Shown: positions 28,882 through 38,838 of the stretch, piece after piece
How positions within the stretch are numbered: the stretch's first letter is position 1
How the letters are laid out: the number at the start of each line of letters is the position of its first letter
Assembly: GCA_040285745.1 (NCBI GenBank)
Contig: JAUFOR010000003.1
Span: forward strand, 1 to 64,000
DNA length: 64,000 nt
Direction: 5' to 3'
Origin: Barthelona sp. PCE
Taxonomy: Eukaryota
The notes under the pieces: model-generated
The model's input: only the letters and a program-made list of their open reading frames with translations
Told to the model about the DNA's origin: nothing
Databases searched by the model: none
Translations under genes and position numbers: made by a program

Positions 28882-30534
28882 ATGGATGATGTTATCTTTG
28901 ACATTAGAAAATATGAGAATCTAAGGGCTTTCATTGCGGGAGGCGTTTTCCCATTTATTAATGTGCATGGAATTGCTTCTTCAAGCAAAACATTCATAAT
29001 AGATCAAGTCATACAGAGCATGGACAACGTTGAGTATGTTGATTGTTGTTTTGATTTGCTTAAAAGCCCAGCTGAGTGTTTTTCACATATTTTACAACGG
29101 ATTGGAAGCACAGAAAAGGTAAGATCTCTTGAGGCATTCTACTCAGCACTCATGACAGCGTGCGCATTGAAGGATGAGGAACAAATTGTAATTTTCCATT
29201 TTTATGACTTGACTTTGAAAGATTTAATGAGAAAAGGAGGGTTTTCGAACTTTAATTCTTTCTTTCCGCTCTTTATTGAAACAATAATGAGCGCCAATAT
29301 GAACAAGAGTAGGTTGAATGTGCTCGTCGTCTTGGAGACTGTGATCCCGATTTCAAACAGTTTCCCAGAGCTGAAACCGACGCTGATCGAGTTCAGAACC
29401 ATGGACAAAGAGAACCTAGAGAAGCTTCTATTGCTGAACTTTGATACTTTTAGAGATGCAGTACATTTCTTTATTTATAATGAGCATCACAGCGATTTCA
29501 GGCTACTTAACGGAATAATGCGCTGTTATTCCTTCTTCATGGAACAGTACGACATCGAACCAACCAAACAGAATCAGCTCAAAGTGTGCGCACAGTTTTG
29601 GAACCAACTCACTCTTCAGATATGTGAATTGCCTCAGTTAAACGAGAGGGATACCACATGGATGGGAATATTTGAGCGCAAAAAGATGGGAGCTTCCGTT
29701 TCTGCTCGCGTATTCAAGTCAGTATGGGAGAACATAGATGATGTACGAACGAGCTCATTTTATTCGGCATTGGAGTCGATAGAAGCGCGGCTGCACAGAC
29801 TCATGCGCATAGGGGCGGTGCAGAAGCCAAAAACGATAAAATCCAACATTGGGTTTGTGGCCAGCGGCTCATTTTCCAAAGTCCAGTTGACAGAGGACAA
29901 GAAGCGCGACAAAATGCGTTTTTTCAGCGAGCTTGGTGACGTAAACAGCGCAGAAGCACCGCAAAGAGAGGGCTTTGTGCCCAGGATGCCATGGGACAAG
30001 GATCCAGAGGACATGGTAGACTGTGACACTGAAACAGATACAGAAGGTGAGTTAGACACTACAGTTGAGAGGCGTTCGTGTATACGCAAGTTCAGCGAGA
30101 AAGATAGAGAGAGAGTTGCGAGAGGATTGCGAGAGGTCGTGATGAACGAGACAGTGGAAGAGATAGAGAGAACAAATATCATTAAGAGTGCCATTGCTAA
30201 CGGGTACATGCCATCCGTTCCCTCAAACCTGACGAAGGACCTGAAGTTGGGGGATTACCCACAGTTCAAGCAGCTGATGCAGATGCCTAATGATATAGCT
30301 ACGATGGCGATGCAGTCATTCACAAAAGAAGAGCTTAGGGGTGCGATGGAGGGCTATGAAAGCTCGTTTCAGGAAAAGCATTCAGTCTTTCTGGAGGCAA
30401 CCCCAATGCCTGCTCCTTTCACAAAGCTTTCTTTTTCTGAAGTATTGGACAGCACACTTATGGCGTGCGAAGACCCTTCCCCTGCAATGATCATGAAGCT
30501 TTGTGAGGCACAATTAAATTTAATGGAGAAATAA
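28882..30534 (+). CDS. Divergent AAA+ protein, ORC5-like N-terminus
   Basis: FPFINVHGIASSSKTFII (degenerate Walker A) ...YVDC...ILQRI...SLEAF...IEFRTMDKENLEKLL parallels the ORC5 layout; the C-terminal half is not recognised. Confidence 0.45.
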   Translation: MDDVIFDIRKYENLRAFIAGGVFPFINVHGIASSSKTFIIDQVIQSMDNVEYVDCCFDLLKSPAECFSHILQRIGSTEKVRSLEAFYSALMTACALKDEEQIVIFHFYDLTLKDLMRKGGFSNFNSFFPLFIETIMSANMNKSRLNVLVVLETVIPISNSFPELKPTLIEFRTMDKENLEKLLLLNFDTFRDAVHFFIYNEHHSDFRLLNGIMRCYSFFMEQYDIEPTKQNQLKVCAQFWNQLTLQICELPQLNERDTTWMGIFERKKMGASVSARVFKSVWENIDDVRTSSFYSALESIEARLHRLMRIGAVQKPKTIKSNIGFVASGSFSKVQLTEDKKRDKMRFFSELGDVNSAEAPQREGFVPRMPWDKDPEDMVDCDTETDTEGELDTTVERRSCIRKFSEKDRERVARGLREVVMNETVEEIERTNIIKSAIANGYMPSVPSNLTKDLKLGDYPQFKQLMQMPNDIATMAMQSFTKEELRGAMEGYESSFQEKHSVFLEATPMPAPFTKLSFSEVLDSTLMACEDPSPAMIMKLCEAQLNLMEK

Positions 30535-30580
30535 ATTGTTTTGCGTATTCTTTCCTTTTTCTTACCTTTTTTCTTGGATA

Positions 30581-33500
30581 ATGGGGTACATATTCCAACA
30601 GCACATTAGTTTATTTGTTTTTATTATTATTTTACTGCAATTTTGCATTGTTTCTGGTAGTCATAATGGTATGGAGCTGATTGTGACTGATTGTGACGAT
30701 TTTTCGAGTCAAACTCTCGAACCGGGCAAGGAATACTACATCATTGTGAAATTAACCCTAAGAGATTGTGTTATTTCAAATCAAGAGGTTAATGCTACTT
30801 TGAGCATATTTGGAACTAAAAAACAAAGGATAACAATTCAAGAATCAGTATTTCATACCGAGGTGCGTATGTTAGGCTATTATTCGATCAATTTCAAGAA
30901 TACAGTTTTTGAGGAGAAGCTCGTGATACGAGGAGCAGATACCGATATCCAACTTAACAACACGCACGTTAGGAAGTGCGGGTACATCCAAAACGTACCC
31001 AAAATTCAAATTTTTAATGGGTCAATGATATCATGTGATTTTGACGTTGAAGAGTTGGAGTTTTTTGTTGCGGACAAAATTGAGATACATAATTCTTCAT
31101 TGTATCACGTGGATGTCCGCGCCGAGGACACGGCCTTTATCAGAGGGAATGTTTTGTTACACAACGCATCTCTAGCGACGGACCATATCACACAAACAGG
31201 TCAGTTGGTCATCGAAGATGAGATGAGGTTCACCACTATCAGCGGTGATATCGCTAGCATTGACGTTAGAAACGCATCCGCTGTTATTTCCGTGGGCCAG
31301 ACATGCATTCATAATGCTCGAGTGAGCGATAGTAAGTTGCTCATGTATGCAGACTCAGTCTCAGGCTCATTCTACAATTCACTGGTGCGGATTGTGGTGG
31401 AATCCATTGTTAACTCAACATTCCAAGATGTTTATTGTCATTCAAAATCGTGCATCGAAGCAAAGATATTGGTTAAGAACATAACGATGGATAACGTCAA
31501 GCAGGACCCGGAAAACATTATGTTTGGTGCCTGTTTTCTCGACCTCATGATGTTTGGAAGTATTGAGGAAATTAAAGTGTCTCGACTTCGGCAGATGATG
31601 CTGTTTAACCTCCATTCTGGCGGTAATGTTACCAATGTATCCATAGACGACTCTATGTTTACTGCGTTGTTCGTTCTTCAGTACCTTCCGATGAGTTTCA
31701 AACTGGATAGTATCGCGATTAGAAACTCAACAGTGTTAGCTCCTCTATTTTTCTTCCAGGGCCACGTTCACAATTTAGTTATTTCGAACCTCTACGTTGA
31801 CGAGGAGACCGTCCTCAATGGTGCTGTTTTGTATTTTGCAAACGAATTGGCTATTACAAAGCCAATCATGAAAAACGCAATCATCAGATCCAAGAGTATG
31901 CTCACGCTGTTTGAAGCCGAACGTGCGACCCTCACAGTGGAGTCATCGCACATAGACACGAACGGATCGCATGTGATACTGAGTGAGAAGGGGAAACTGG
32001 TCTTTGCAGCCTCGAACGCGAGAATCAGTTTTGCGGTTGATTTTCTAGGACACGGCAGAGTCGAGTGCAAGGGCGACGAGACGTTCATTGCGGAATATAA
32101 GGACGTGTACAAACTGAATACCAACTGTTTTGTGACATATACATCTGATTACGTCTGTAACCGAGAGGGAACAGATGGAGACGAGTGCTGGGTCATGCCG
32201 CTGGACCTTCCAGACGCTCTTATCTCGGATGAACCCTTCACGCTGATTGATCCACTGCACCTGGACGGGACGCGAGCGTTGAGGTTCATAACCTTTTATA
32301 ACGGTCCTACTTTGAAGCATAGGTTCGGTATTGGCAAGGTTTTTCTCGCTATCAAATCGTATGTTGAGTTTATGGTGAGTAGAGATAAGAAAATTGAGCT
32401 GGCAGCCAAATGCCCTTATTTTTACAGTAATATACACGGCAGTGCTCCATGCATGCGGTGCACAGGCGACCAGCAGTTCCATTCCAAGGGGAACAAGTTA
32501 TTTTCATGTGTGACGACGAATACAATATTTGACAACGATTTGATCCAATATGATAGCGGATATCTTCTTGAGAACAAGGGTGATATGACAGCACTGTGCA
32601 CATACGGAGAGTTGTGCTCAGGCAAGACCCTCAGCGGGTTGCAGGGAGAATCCGATGCCATCATCAAGTACTTTTTCCCCGATTTCGATTCCGTGAAGCC
32701 GTTAAAGTTCACAAACAAGTTCGGAGTTGAGGTGGAAATTAAGACACCAAATGGTTGCTATGCAGAGCGGTACGATTATCAATGTGGAAAGTGTTTTGAG
32801 TTTTCGCCCAGAAACCCAGATCGTCGATTGGTGCCTGCTATGTATACCCCCAAGTGCACAGAGTGCCCATCAAACAGTGTTTTAGGTGTATGGATGATGA
32901 TCTATATGGTCCTGATATTTCTGATTGTGAAATGGTTTTCGAAAGGCAATACGTTGCCATGGACTCGTATTTTGCGTATAAAGGACGAGGAAGTGCTGGA
33001 TTACGATGTATTTCAGAATTTAATCGTGTTGATGAAGACACTAAACAATATGCTACCGGCATTTATTATCATCATTAGTTTCTTGCCTTCCTCCGTAAAT
33101 TTTCCTTCATTGACATCGATATTGAAGTGCTACACAGCTTCAGGCACCGTAAAGATCGCTGCGACAGCCACCCCCTCTAATCATCTACATATTGTCGCAT
33201 TACAATACCCTAGCTTCCTGGACATCTACGTATTGACGGTTGCCTGTTATATGATCGTTTGGCTGTTCATGTTCGAACATCCCCTGCGAGTGTTTTTGAG
33301 GCACCTGGTGAGTTTAATAGTGCACGTTTCATATGTTGTGTGTTTAGCGGTATCATTTTCATATATGCTTAATAATCAAGCAGTATTTTTTGCTGAACTA
33401 ACAAGTCTATTTTCAATGGAGATAGGTGTGCGGTGGCTGATAGGCGCACAGGTTGGCTACTTCATTATGATGATCATATTACACGGTAAGGCGGTCCGAG

Positions 33501-34219
33501 CTAACGTTGGCTTTTTTTGGAGATTCATTGTCTACAATTATTATTTTCTCTTTATACCCTTAATTGCGGCCCGAGAAGCAAAGAAAGTGTTGGAAAGAAG
33601 TATAAATCTAAAGAAAGTGTATATGGGAATAATAATTGTAATTTATCCTCAGATTGCAACTTCAGTGATTCAATTCCTCCTTGATGTTACTTTTTTCATT
33701 ACTCCAAAAGAGATACCTAGTGCTATTCTGTTATTTGTCATTCTTTTCTATGTGATGGGAATGCTAGTTTTGTACGTTCCCTTTTCAGCCGGATTTTTCA
33801 AAGATCAGTACTTTAAGGAAGGTTATTCACTGGGATATCGCAAGGGCCACCTCTATATTGATATTTTATGGACAGTTCTTCGTGTACTCATGGACTTCTG
33901 CTCGCGTTTGTTCTTCTTGGAGGGTATGAGTTTTATGGGAATTTATATTCTTTGTTATGGTGTGTACATATACTTTATGCGACCTTTTATTTTGAAATTT
34001 AATAATGTAGTGTCTCTAATTTTTGTTTTCATATATTTGCTGCTTCAATTTTTAGTTTCAATTATTCCTTTACTTTCTTCCGCCAAATTCACGTCATTCA
34101 TTCTCACTACTGTGATTATAGGATTATTTACAGCATACATTGTCCATAGAAAGTTGAAAAAAGTTGATTATAAGGAGATTACCTACGGTGCTCCTCTTTT
34201 AAACGTTTTTAATCAGTAA
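30581..34219 (+). CDS. Large surface membrane protein: signal peptide, beta-rich ectodomain, Cys-rich linker, multi-TM C-terminus
   Basis: Hydrophobic N-terminus, many NxS/T sites, CxxC clusters (CGKC, CTEC) and roughly ten hydrophobic segments. Confidence 0.8.
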   Translation: MGYIFQQHISLFVFIIILLQFCIVSGSHNGMELIVTDCDDFSSQTLEPGKEYYIIVKLTLRDCVISNQEVNATLSIFGTKKQRITIQESVFHTEVRMLGYYSINFKNTVFEEKLVIRGADTDIQLNNTHVRKCGYIQNVPKIQIFNGSMISCDFDVEELEFFVADKIEIHNSSLYHVDVRAEDTAFIRGNVLLHNASLATDHITQTGQLVIEDEMRFTTISGDIASIDVRNASAVISVGQTCIHNARVSDSKLLMYADSVSGSFYNSLVRIVVESIVNSTFQDVYCHSKSCIEAKILVKNITMDNVKQDPENIMFGACFLDLMMFGSIEEIKVSRLRQMMLFNLHSGGNVTNVSIDDSMFTALFVLQYLPMSFKLDSIAIRNSTVLAPLFFFQGHVHNLVISNLYVDEETVLNGAVLYFANELAITKPIMKNAIIRSKSMLTLFEAERATLTVESSHIDTNGSHVILSEKGKLVFAASNARISFAVDFLGHGRVECKGDETFIAEYKDVYKLNTNCFVTYTSDYVCNREGTDGDECWVMPLDLPDALISDEPFTLIDPLHLDGTRALRFITFYNGPTLKHRFGIGKVFLAIKSYVEFMVSRDKKIELAAKCPYFYSNIHGSAPCMRCTGDQQFHSKGNKLFSCVTTNTIFDNDLIQYDSGYLLENKGDMTALCTYGELCSGKTLSGLQGESDAIIKYFFPDFDSVKPLKFTNKFGVEVEIKTPNGCYAERYDYQCGKCFEFSPRNPDRRLVPAMYTPKCTECPSNSVLGVWMMIYMVLIFLIVKWFSKGNTLPWTRILRIKDEEVLDYDVFQNLIVLMKTLNNMLPAFIIIISFLPSSVNFPSLTSILKCYTASGTVKIAATATPSNHLHIVALQYPSFLDIYVLTVACYMIVWLFMFEHPLRVFLRHLVSLIVHVSYVVCLAVSFSYMLNNQAVFFAELTSLFSMEIGVRWLIGAQVGYFIMMIILHGKAVRANVGFFWRFIVYNYYFLFIPLIAAREAKKVLERSINLKKVYMGIIIVIYPQIATSVIQFLLDVTFFITPKEIPSAILLFVILFYVMGMLVLYVPFSAGFFKDQYFKEGYSLGYRKGHLYIDILWTVLRVLMDFCSRLFFLEGMSFMGIYILCYGVYIYFMRPFILKFNNVVSLIFVFIYLLLQFLVSIIPLLSSAKFTSFILTTVIIGLFTAYIVHRKLKKVDYKEITYGAPLLNVFNQ

Positions 34220-35011
34220 ACTGTAGTTTAGTTGGTTTTGAACGAAAGTTAGATGCTTCAATGGACAATCATTTTGTTTTGTTTAGTAAAGTGATGCAGG
34301 TCTTACTTACAAGCATGTACATGGTCTATAATATATTACAGATCGAATGTATATTTAGTATACCTGGTGTTTAATGCAAGAAACATTGAATAATTTCTTA
34401 AAACAACAATTTTCTTACATACCTTTCTATTTCCCTTTTTCCTCAAGAACGAAAAAGAGATTATACGATCATCCACAGAGCACTGAGTGGTTTTGATGTG
34501 TGATACACCGCTGTCCCAAAGCAGCGGCTGATAGAAAATTTTTGTCTTCTGGAGACGACTTGCGATTTTCGCTCGCGGATCCTTTTTAATCATAATATTT
34601 GAAGCATTTTGGAGCATTATAATAAACTGAAAATTGATGGTAAATTTTTTTTTCTGCATATGAGCATTATTTTTGAACTGTTATATGTAATTTCCATTGA
34701 TGATGTTTTAAATACACATTTCTAATGCTAAAACTACTTTTAGTGAGCTTTAGAATTTTCATTCTCCTTCTCTGCATATCACATTCTATTGAAGTGAATT
34801 TTATCGTTTTCTCATAATGTTTTTCCATACAAAAACAGCTACAACATCAGAATAAAGGTAATAGTTTATGCCGGATAAATGGAATAGGTTTGTCGTGCAT
34901 GAATAGTTGTCAGAGGACTTATAAACCATGTAAAATCCCCTGAAGAATTTACCTTAAGTTTTTTAGTGAATAATGTGGTTCGATTATTCTTTACTTTTAC
35001 ACTAATTTAGG

Positions 35012-37429
35012 ATGAGTTTTGAGCATAAAAGAACAGCAGAAATGTTTAACAGGGATGCAGGACCAGTATCCAAGCAGGCAAGATCTCAGGTTACGAATGA
35101 TACGAAGTGGGAGCCAATTTTACTTGATAATACCAATACTTTTGCATTTGCAACAGTCATATTCAACGATCCATTCATTCCGGGAGCCTTAGTACTTGGT
35201 AAATCTCTTGAAAATCATCATGGGGATGCCATTGACAGAATTTGTTTTATTTCACCGGAAGTATCGAACGAGGGTCGCAACGCTCTTGAGTTGGTCTTCA
35301 ACCACGTGATTGAGGTGCCCTATATTGAGCACAATGTCGAGGCCGTTCGATGGAAACGTTTTAAAGACCGATATACGTGGGTACGCAAATGCTTCACGAA
35401 GTTACATTGTCTGCGCCTTACGACATACGCCAAGGTTCTTTTCCTTGATGCAGATGTGCTGTGCATGGCTAATCTTGCTGACGCCTTTGAGAGGGACCAT
35501 CCCTTTGGTATCCTTATGTTTGACAGCGTGGTCGACATAAACAACGCAAAGGGTTTCCCCGACTCATCGGTGCGCGACCGCTCTCTGAAGAACAGTTACG
35601 GCTTCGCAGGATGTTTTGTTGGCTTTGTACCGAGTATGGATACTTTTAAGGATATTTTAGATTTGCTGTACACAAAAAACTATTATGGTCGTCAGAACTA
35701 CAATGCAGGGCCCGACGAGCAGCTCGTGACAGAGTATTTCGGGGGAAAGATGGAATCGCTTGACGCCGAGTACTGTTGTGTAAGTTGGAAAGCAGCAAAA
35801 ATTGCAGAGTTAGGCGGTCAAGTTCGATTACTGCATTTTGTCACCGCAACGCCATGGGACTTTGACGAGAAGGGTAAGATATGGGACGATTATTGTATTT
35901 GGCTCCAGTTCGCACGTAGCCTTCTTCTTGAAATCCCCGCTTTAAGACCATTTTTGCCCATTGAGCGGATGGTAAGGTTTGCGGATAACAATACACCTGA
36001 GGTGAGCTCTCTTTCACTGGCGCTTTATCTCTCGCATGAACTTCAGAGCACCTTCTGCCCTCCAAGTAGTTACAGTGATTTGGTCCGTAGTTCCAAGACA
36101 GTTGTTGTGTTTGTTGATGCGGAGAGCTGTCTTGAGGTATCTTACTTACCATTGGTGTTACCTAACAAACTCATAGATTTCTTCGACGTTTTTGTCTTTG
36201 TCGGAAACGAGCTGGAGCTCAGCATCGACCACAGTAAGTTCGTTGTGATGTCATTTGAAGAGTACAATGCAGAGTTAGAAACAAAGTTTGAGATTAAGAA
36301 GGCCGTCACTATCAACTATCACTCTTCCAAATTCGAAACGGCCGTCAAGCCTCACACGCTGGAGACACCACTGTTTGTGTACCCAGGAACCACCGAGACA
36401 GACCAGGTTGTGCATAGCTACTCCGCACATGAGCGTATCTCCTTTGTCGGGTTGAATGACGTGTTCCGCACCATGATCCCTCAGACAAAGAGCCAGAGCA
36501 TTGAGTTCTACGCATCATTGTTTCCGAACGAGCAGTACGTTCCGCCGCAGGACAATAAGCAGATTGCGGCACTGTTTAAAGACAGAGCTACAAAGCGTGT
36601 GCTGTTGGGCTATCTCAAGAGCAGTGCTTTCCGCGGCGCCAATCGCACATCGTTGTTATATGCGCTTAATCGAGCAGATGTCCGTGGCGACAAGGCTGTT
36701 TACAAAATGATGCATTACTGTGTGCATAATGCATATTATAATCCACGCTCTCGCAAGAATAACAGGGCAGAGCGTAAAGCACAGGACTTTATGGACCGTC
36801 TCCGCGAGGCCAAGATATCCATACCAGCCGGTAACACATTTCTTGATTACGGTTGTGGCGACGCAACAATATCAGTTGAGTTAGGTCGAATGCTTGGTAG
36901 TGGATCTGTTTATGCCGCTGATGTTCGTCCAATTGCGGTCAAAGGTTCGAATCTGACCTTCCTTCAAGTTTATGATAACAAAATTAGTATTCCAGATAAT
37001 AGCGTTGATATTTGCACATGTTCTGCCGTTTTCCACCATGTTGAGAACTTTTCAGAAGTAGCTGACGAGCTCATGCGTGTATTAAAGCCCGGAGGTACAC
37101 TTATCATTAAGGAGCATGACTGCCACACAGTTTTTTTCGCAATGTGGTTGGATGTCATGCACGGTTTTTACTCACTCGTCACAACAGACCCACAGGAGGA
37201 TCCTCTCCACGTGGAGATGTACCATAGCTACTACCGCCCAATGAAGGCATGGAAGGCGGCGTTTTTGGAAAGAAGTTATGAGTTTCTTCATTCCCACCGA
37301 GTCATTCGTGATGATTGCTACAGAAGTTGTTTCCTGGTGCTGAGAAAGCCCTTAGTCCCCATCGTACCTGTTGTTGAAGAGAAAGAGATGGAGCATATTG
37401 AAGAACACACTGAAAGCATTTCTGAATAA
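35012..37429 (+). CDS. GT8 (glycogenin-like) glycosyltransferase fused to a class I SAM-dependent methyltransferase
   Basis: N-terminal FTKLH...YAKVLFLDAD and LHFVTATPW (GT8). C-terminal FLDYGCGD, DNSVD...FHHV and RVLKPGG (Methyltransf_11-type). Confidence 0.88.
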   Translation: MSFEHKRTAEMFNRDAGPVSKQARSQVTNDTKWEPILLDNTNTFAFATVIFNDPFIPGALVLGKSLENHHGDAIDRICFISPEVSNEGRNALELVFNHVIEVPYIEHNVEAVRWKRFKDRYTWVRKCFTKLHCLRLTTYAKVLFLDADVLCMANLADAFERDHPFGILMFDSVVDINNAKGFPDSSVRDRSLKNSYGFAGCFVGFVPSMDTFKDILDLLYTKNYYGRQNYNAGPDEQLVTEYFGGKMESLDAEYCCVSWKAAKIAELGGQVRLLHFVTATPWDFDEKGKIWDDYCIWLQFARSLLLEIPALRPFLPIERMVRFADNNTPEVSSLSLALYLSHELQSTFCPPSSYSDLVRSSKTVVVFVDAESCLEVSYLPLVLPNKLIDFFDVFVFVGNELELSIDHSKFVVMSFEEYNAELETKFEIKKAVTINYHSSKFETAVKPHTLETPLFVYPGTTETDQVVHSYSAHERISFVGLNDVFRTMIPQTKSQSIEFYASLFPNEQYVPPQDNKQIAALFKDRATKRVLLGYLKSSAFRGANRTSLLYALNRADVRGDKAVYKMMHYCVHNAYYNPRSRKNNRAERKAQDFMDRLREAKISIPAGNTFLDYGCGDATISVELGRMLGSGSVYAADVRPIAVKGSNLTFLQVYDNKISIPDNSVDICTCSAVFHHVENFSEVADELMRVLKPGGTLIIKEHDCHTVFFAMWLDVMHGFYSLVTTDPQEDPLHVEMYHSYYRPMKAWKAAFLERSYEFLHSHRVIRDDCYRSCFLVLRKPLVPIVPVVEEKEMEHIEEHTESISE

Positions 37430-37457
37430 AAACATAGCTATGTTGCTGTTTACTTAC

Positions 37458-38112
37458 TTACTCCTCGTCAGAATCCTCGCCTTCGAGCTCCTTCTTCTTA
37501 TTGTACTCTTCCATCTGTGCCTGATAACGAACCTTATCAGCATCGAACATCTCCTTGTAGGGAACCTTATCCTCATCTTCGAGCTCATTCCATCTCTTGG
37601 AGACCTCCTTGGTGATCTCACCGAAGGTGAGACTGGGGTTCTCTTCCTTGACAGCGGGACGGATCTCAGAAGCAAAGCGAAGGTAAGCAGAAATAGGACG
37701 CTTGGGGGCGTTGGGATCCTTCTTCTTCTTGGCACCGCGCTTCTTCTTGGGCTTCTCGACTTCCTCGACCTCTTCGGGGTGGGAGACCATATAAGCTTCC
37801 TTTTCTTCGTTGTATCTAACCTTATCTTGGGCAGCTAACTCGTTGAAAGGGATCTTCTGAGTGTCATCAAGCTTACGCCAGTCGGCACCAAGCAACTTGG
37901 AGATATCAGTCATCTTCAAATCAGGGTTCTCTTCACGAAGAATAGGACGTCTTTCCTGACAGAAGTACAGGTAGGCGCTGCGGGGGCGCTTAATGGTGTT
38001 AGCTAAATGTTAGAATCTTAAGCATTCATAACGATAAGTTTGTAATCCCAAAAAGCTACTTTAGCTGTTGTGGAAAGCCCAATATCGACTCAACAATCAT
38101 ACACTTAGCCAT
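37458..38112 (-). CDS. Two-HMG-box protein (HMGB/Nhp6-like); exons 38112-38103 and 38002-37458
   Basis: Spliced MAKSNTIKRPRSAYLYF (box 1) and KDPNAPKRPISAYLRF (box 2), with an acidic tail. Confidence 0.92.
38003..38102 (-). other. 100-nt spliceosomal intron in the HMG-box gene
   Basis: GTATGA...TTCTAACATTTAG; joins ATG GCT AAG T to CT AAC in frame. Confidence 0.88.
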
Positions 38113-38838
38113 TTGATTAAAAGGATATCAAGTGAAAGGGGGTTGAAAAGCAAGTATAGGAAATTACAGCAGTTTGACACTTCTCTTTCTTTTAAGCCTG
38201 CATTAGGACCGTGGCAGACACAAAAAACAGTGTTGTATCTCTCCATTTGTATGTGTATTAATGAGATGACCATATCTTGCCGGCTCGTCGTTTGACTCCA
38301 AGAAACAAACAAACGCTAAAAAATATGGTATATATAGGTATATAACTGTCATGACTGTTCGTTTTTGATTGAAAAACGTTGAGGAATAAAGTTTTGTTTT
38401 TTGGAAATATATGTGTGAACATGTAATGGAATTTTCTTTGATGTATGTGGGGGTATTGCATTAATAATATTCCGTTTATGGGTTTTATGTATCTTTAAAA
38501 CAATCACATAGTACTTTTTTTGGCAACTTTTAATTCTCATTTTAAACTGATTCAAAATTGCTACATGATCCTATTTTCGTGGATAAATGGGTGTCAACTA
38601 GATAAATTACACAAATTATTGATATTCCTGCTACTAAAAAATTCTTTATGTGTTTATGGAACAAAAATCTCAAAGTTGGTATGCACAAATAACATAAACG
38701 TTCAAAACAAAACAAAAAGCATTGGTGATCTACTTTAACCTATATACTTCCTTTCATTGAAGTGTATCGTTCTTCTGAACTCTTTTCCTTGCATACCCCA
38801 CATACATTTGGCAAATTGTCAGTGACCACATTTAAAAT

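Noticed and set aside
34336-34659. Minus-strand 107-aa ORF containing a GTATGT donor-like site
   Set aside because: No consensus acceptor lies downstream and there is no recognisable domain, so it is too weak to call a gene or a trans-spliced half.
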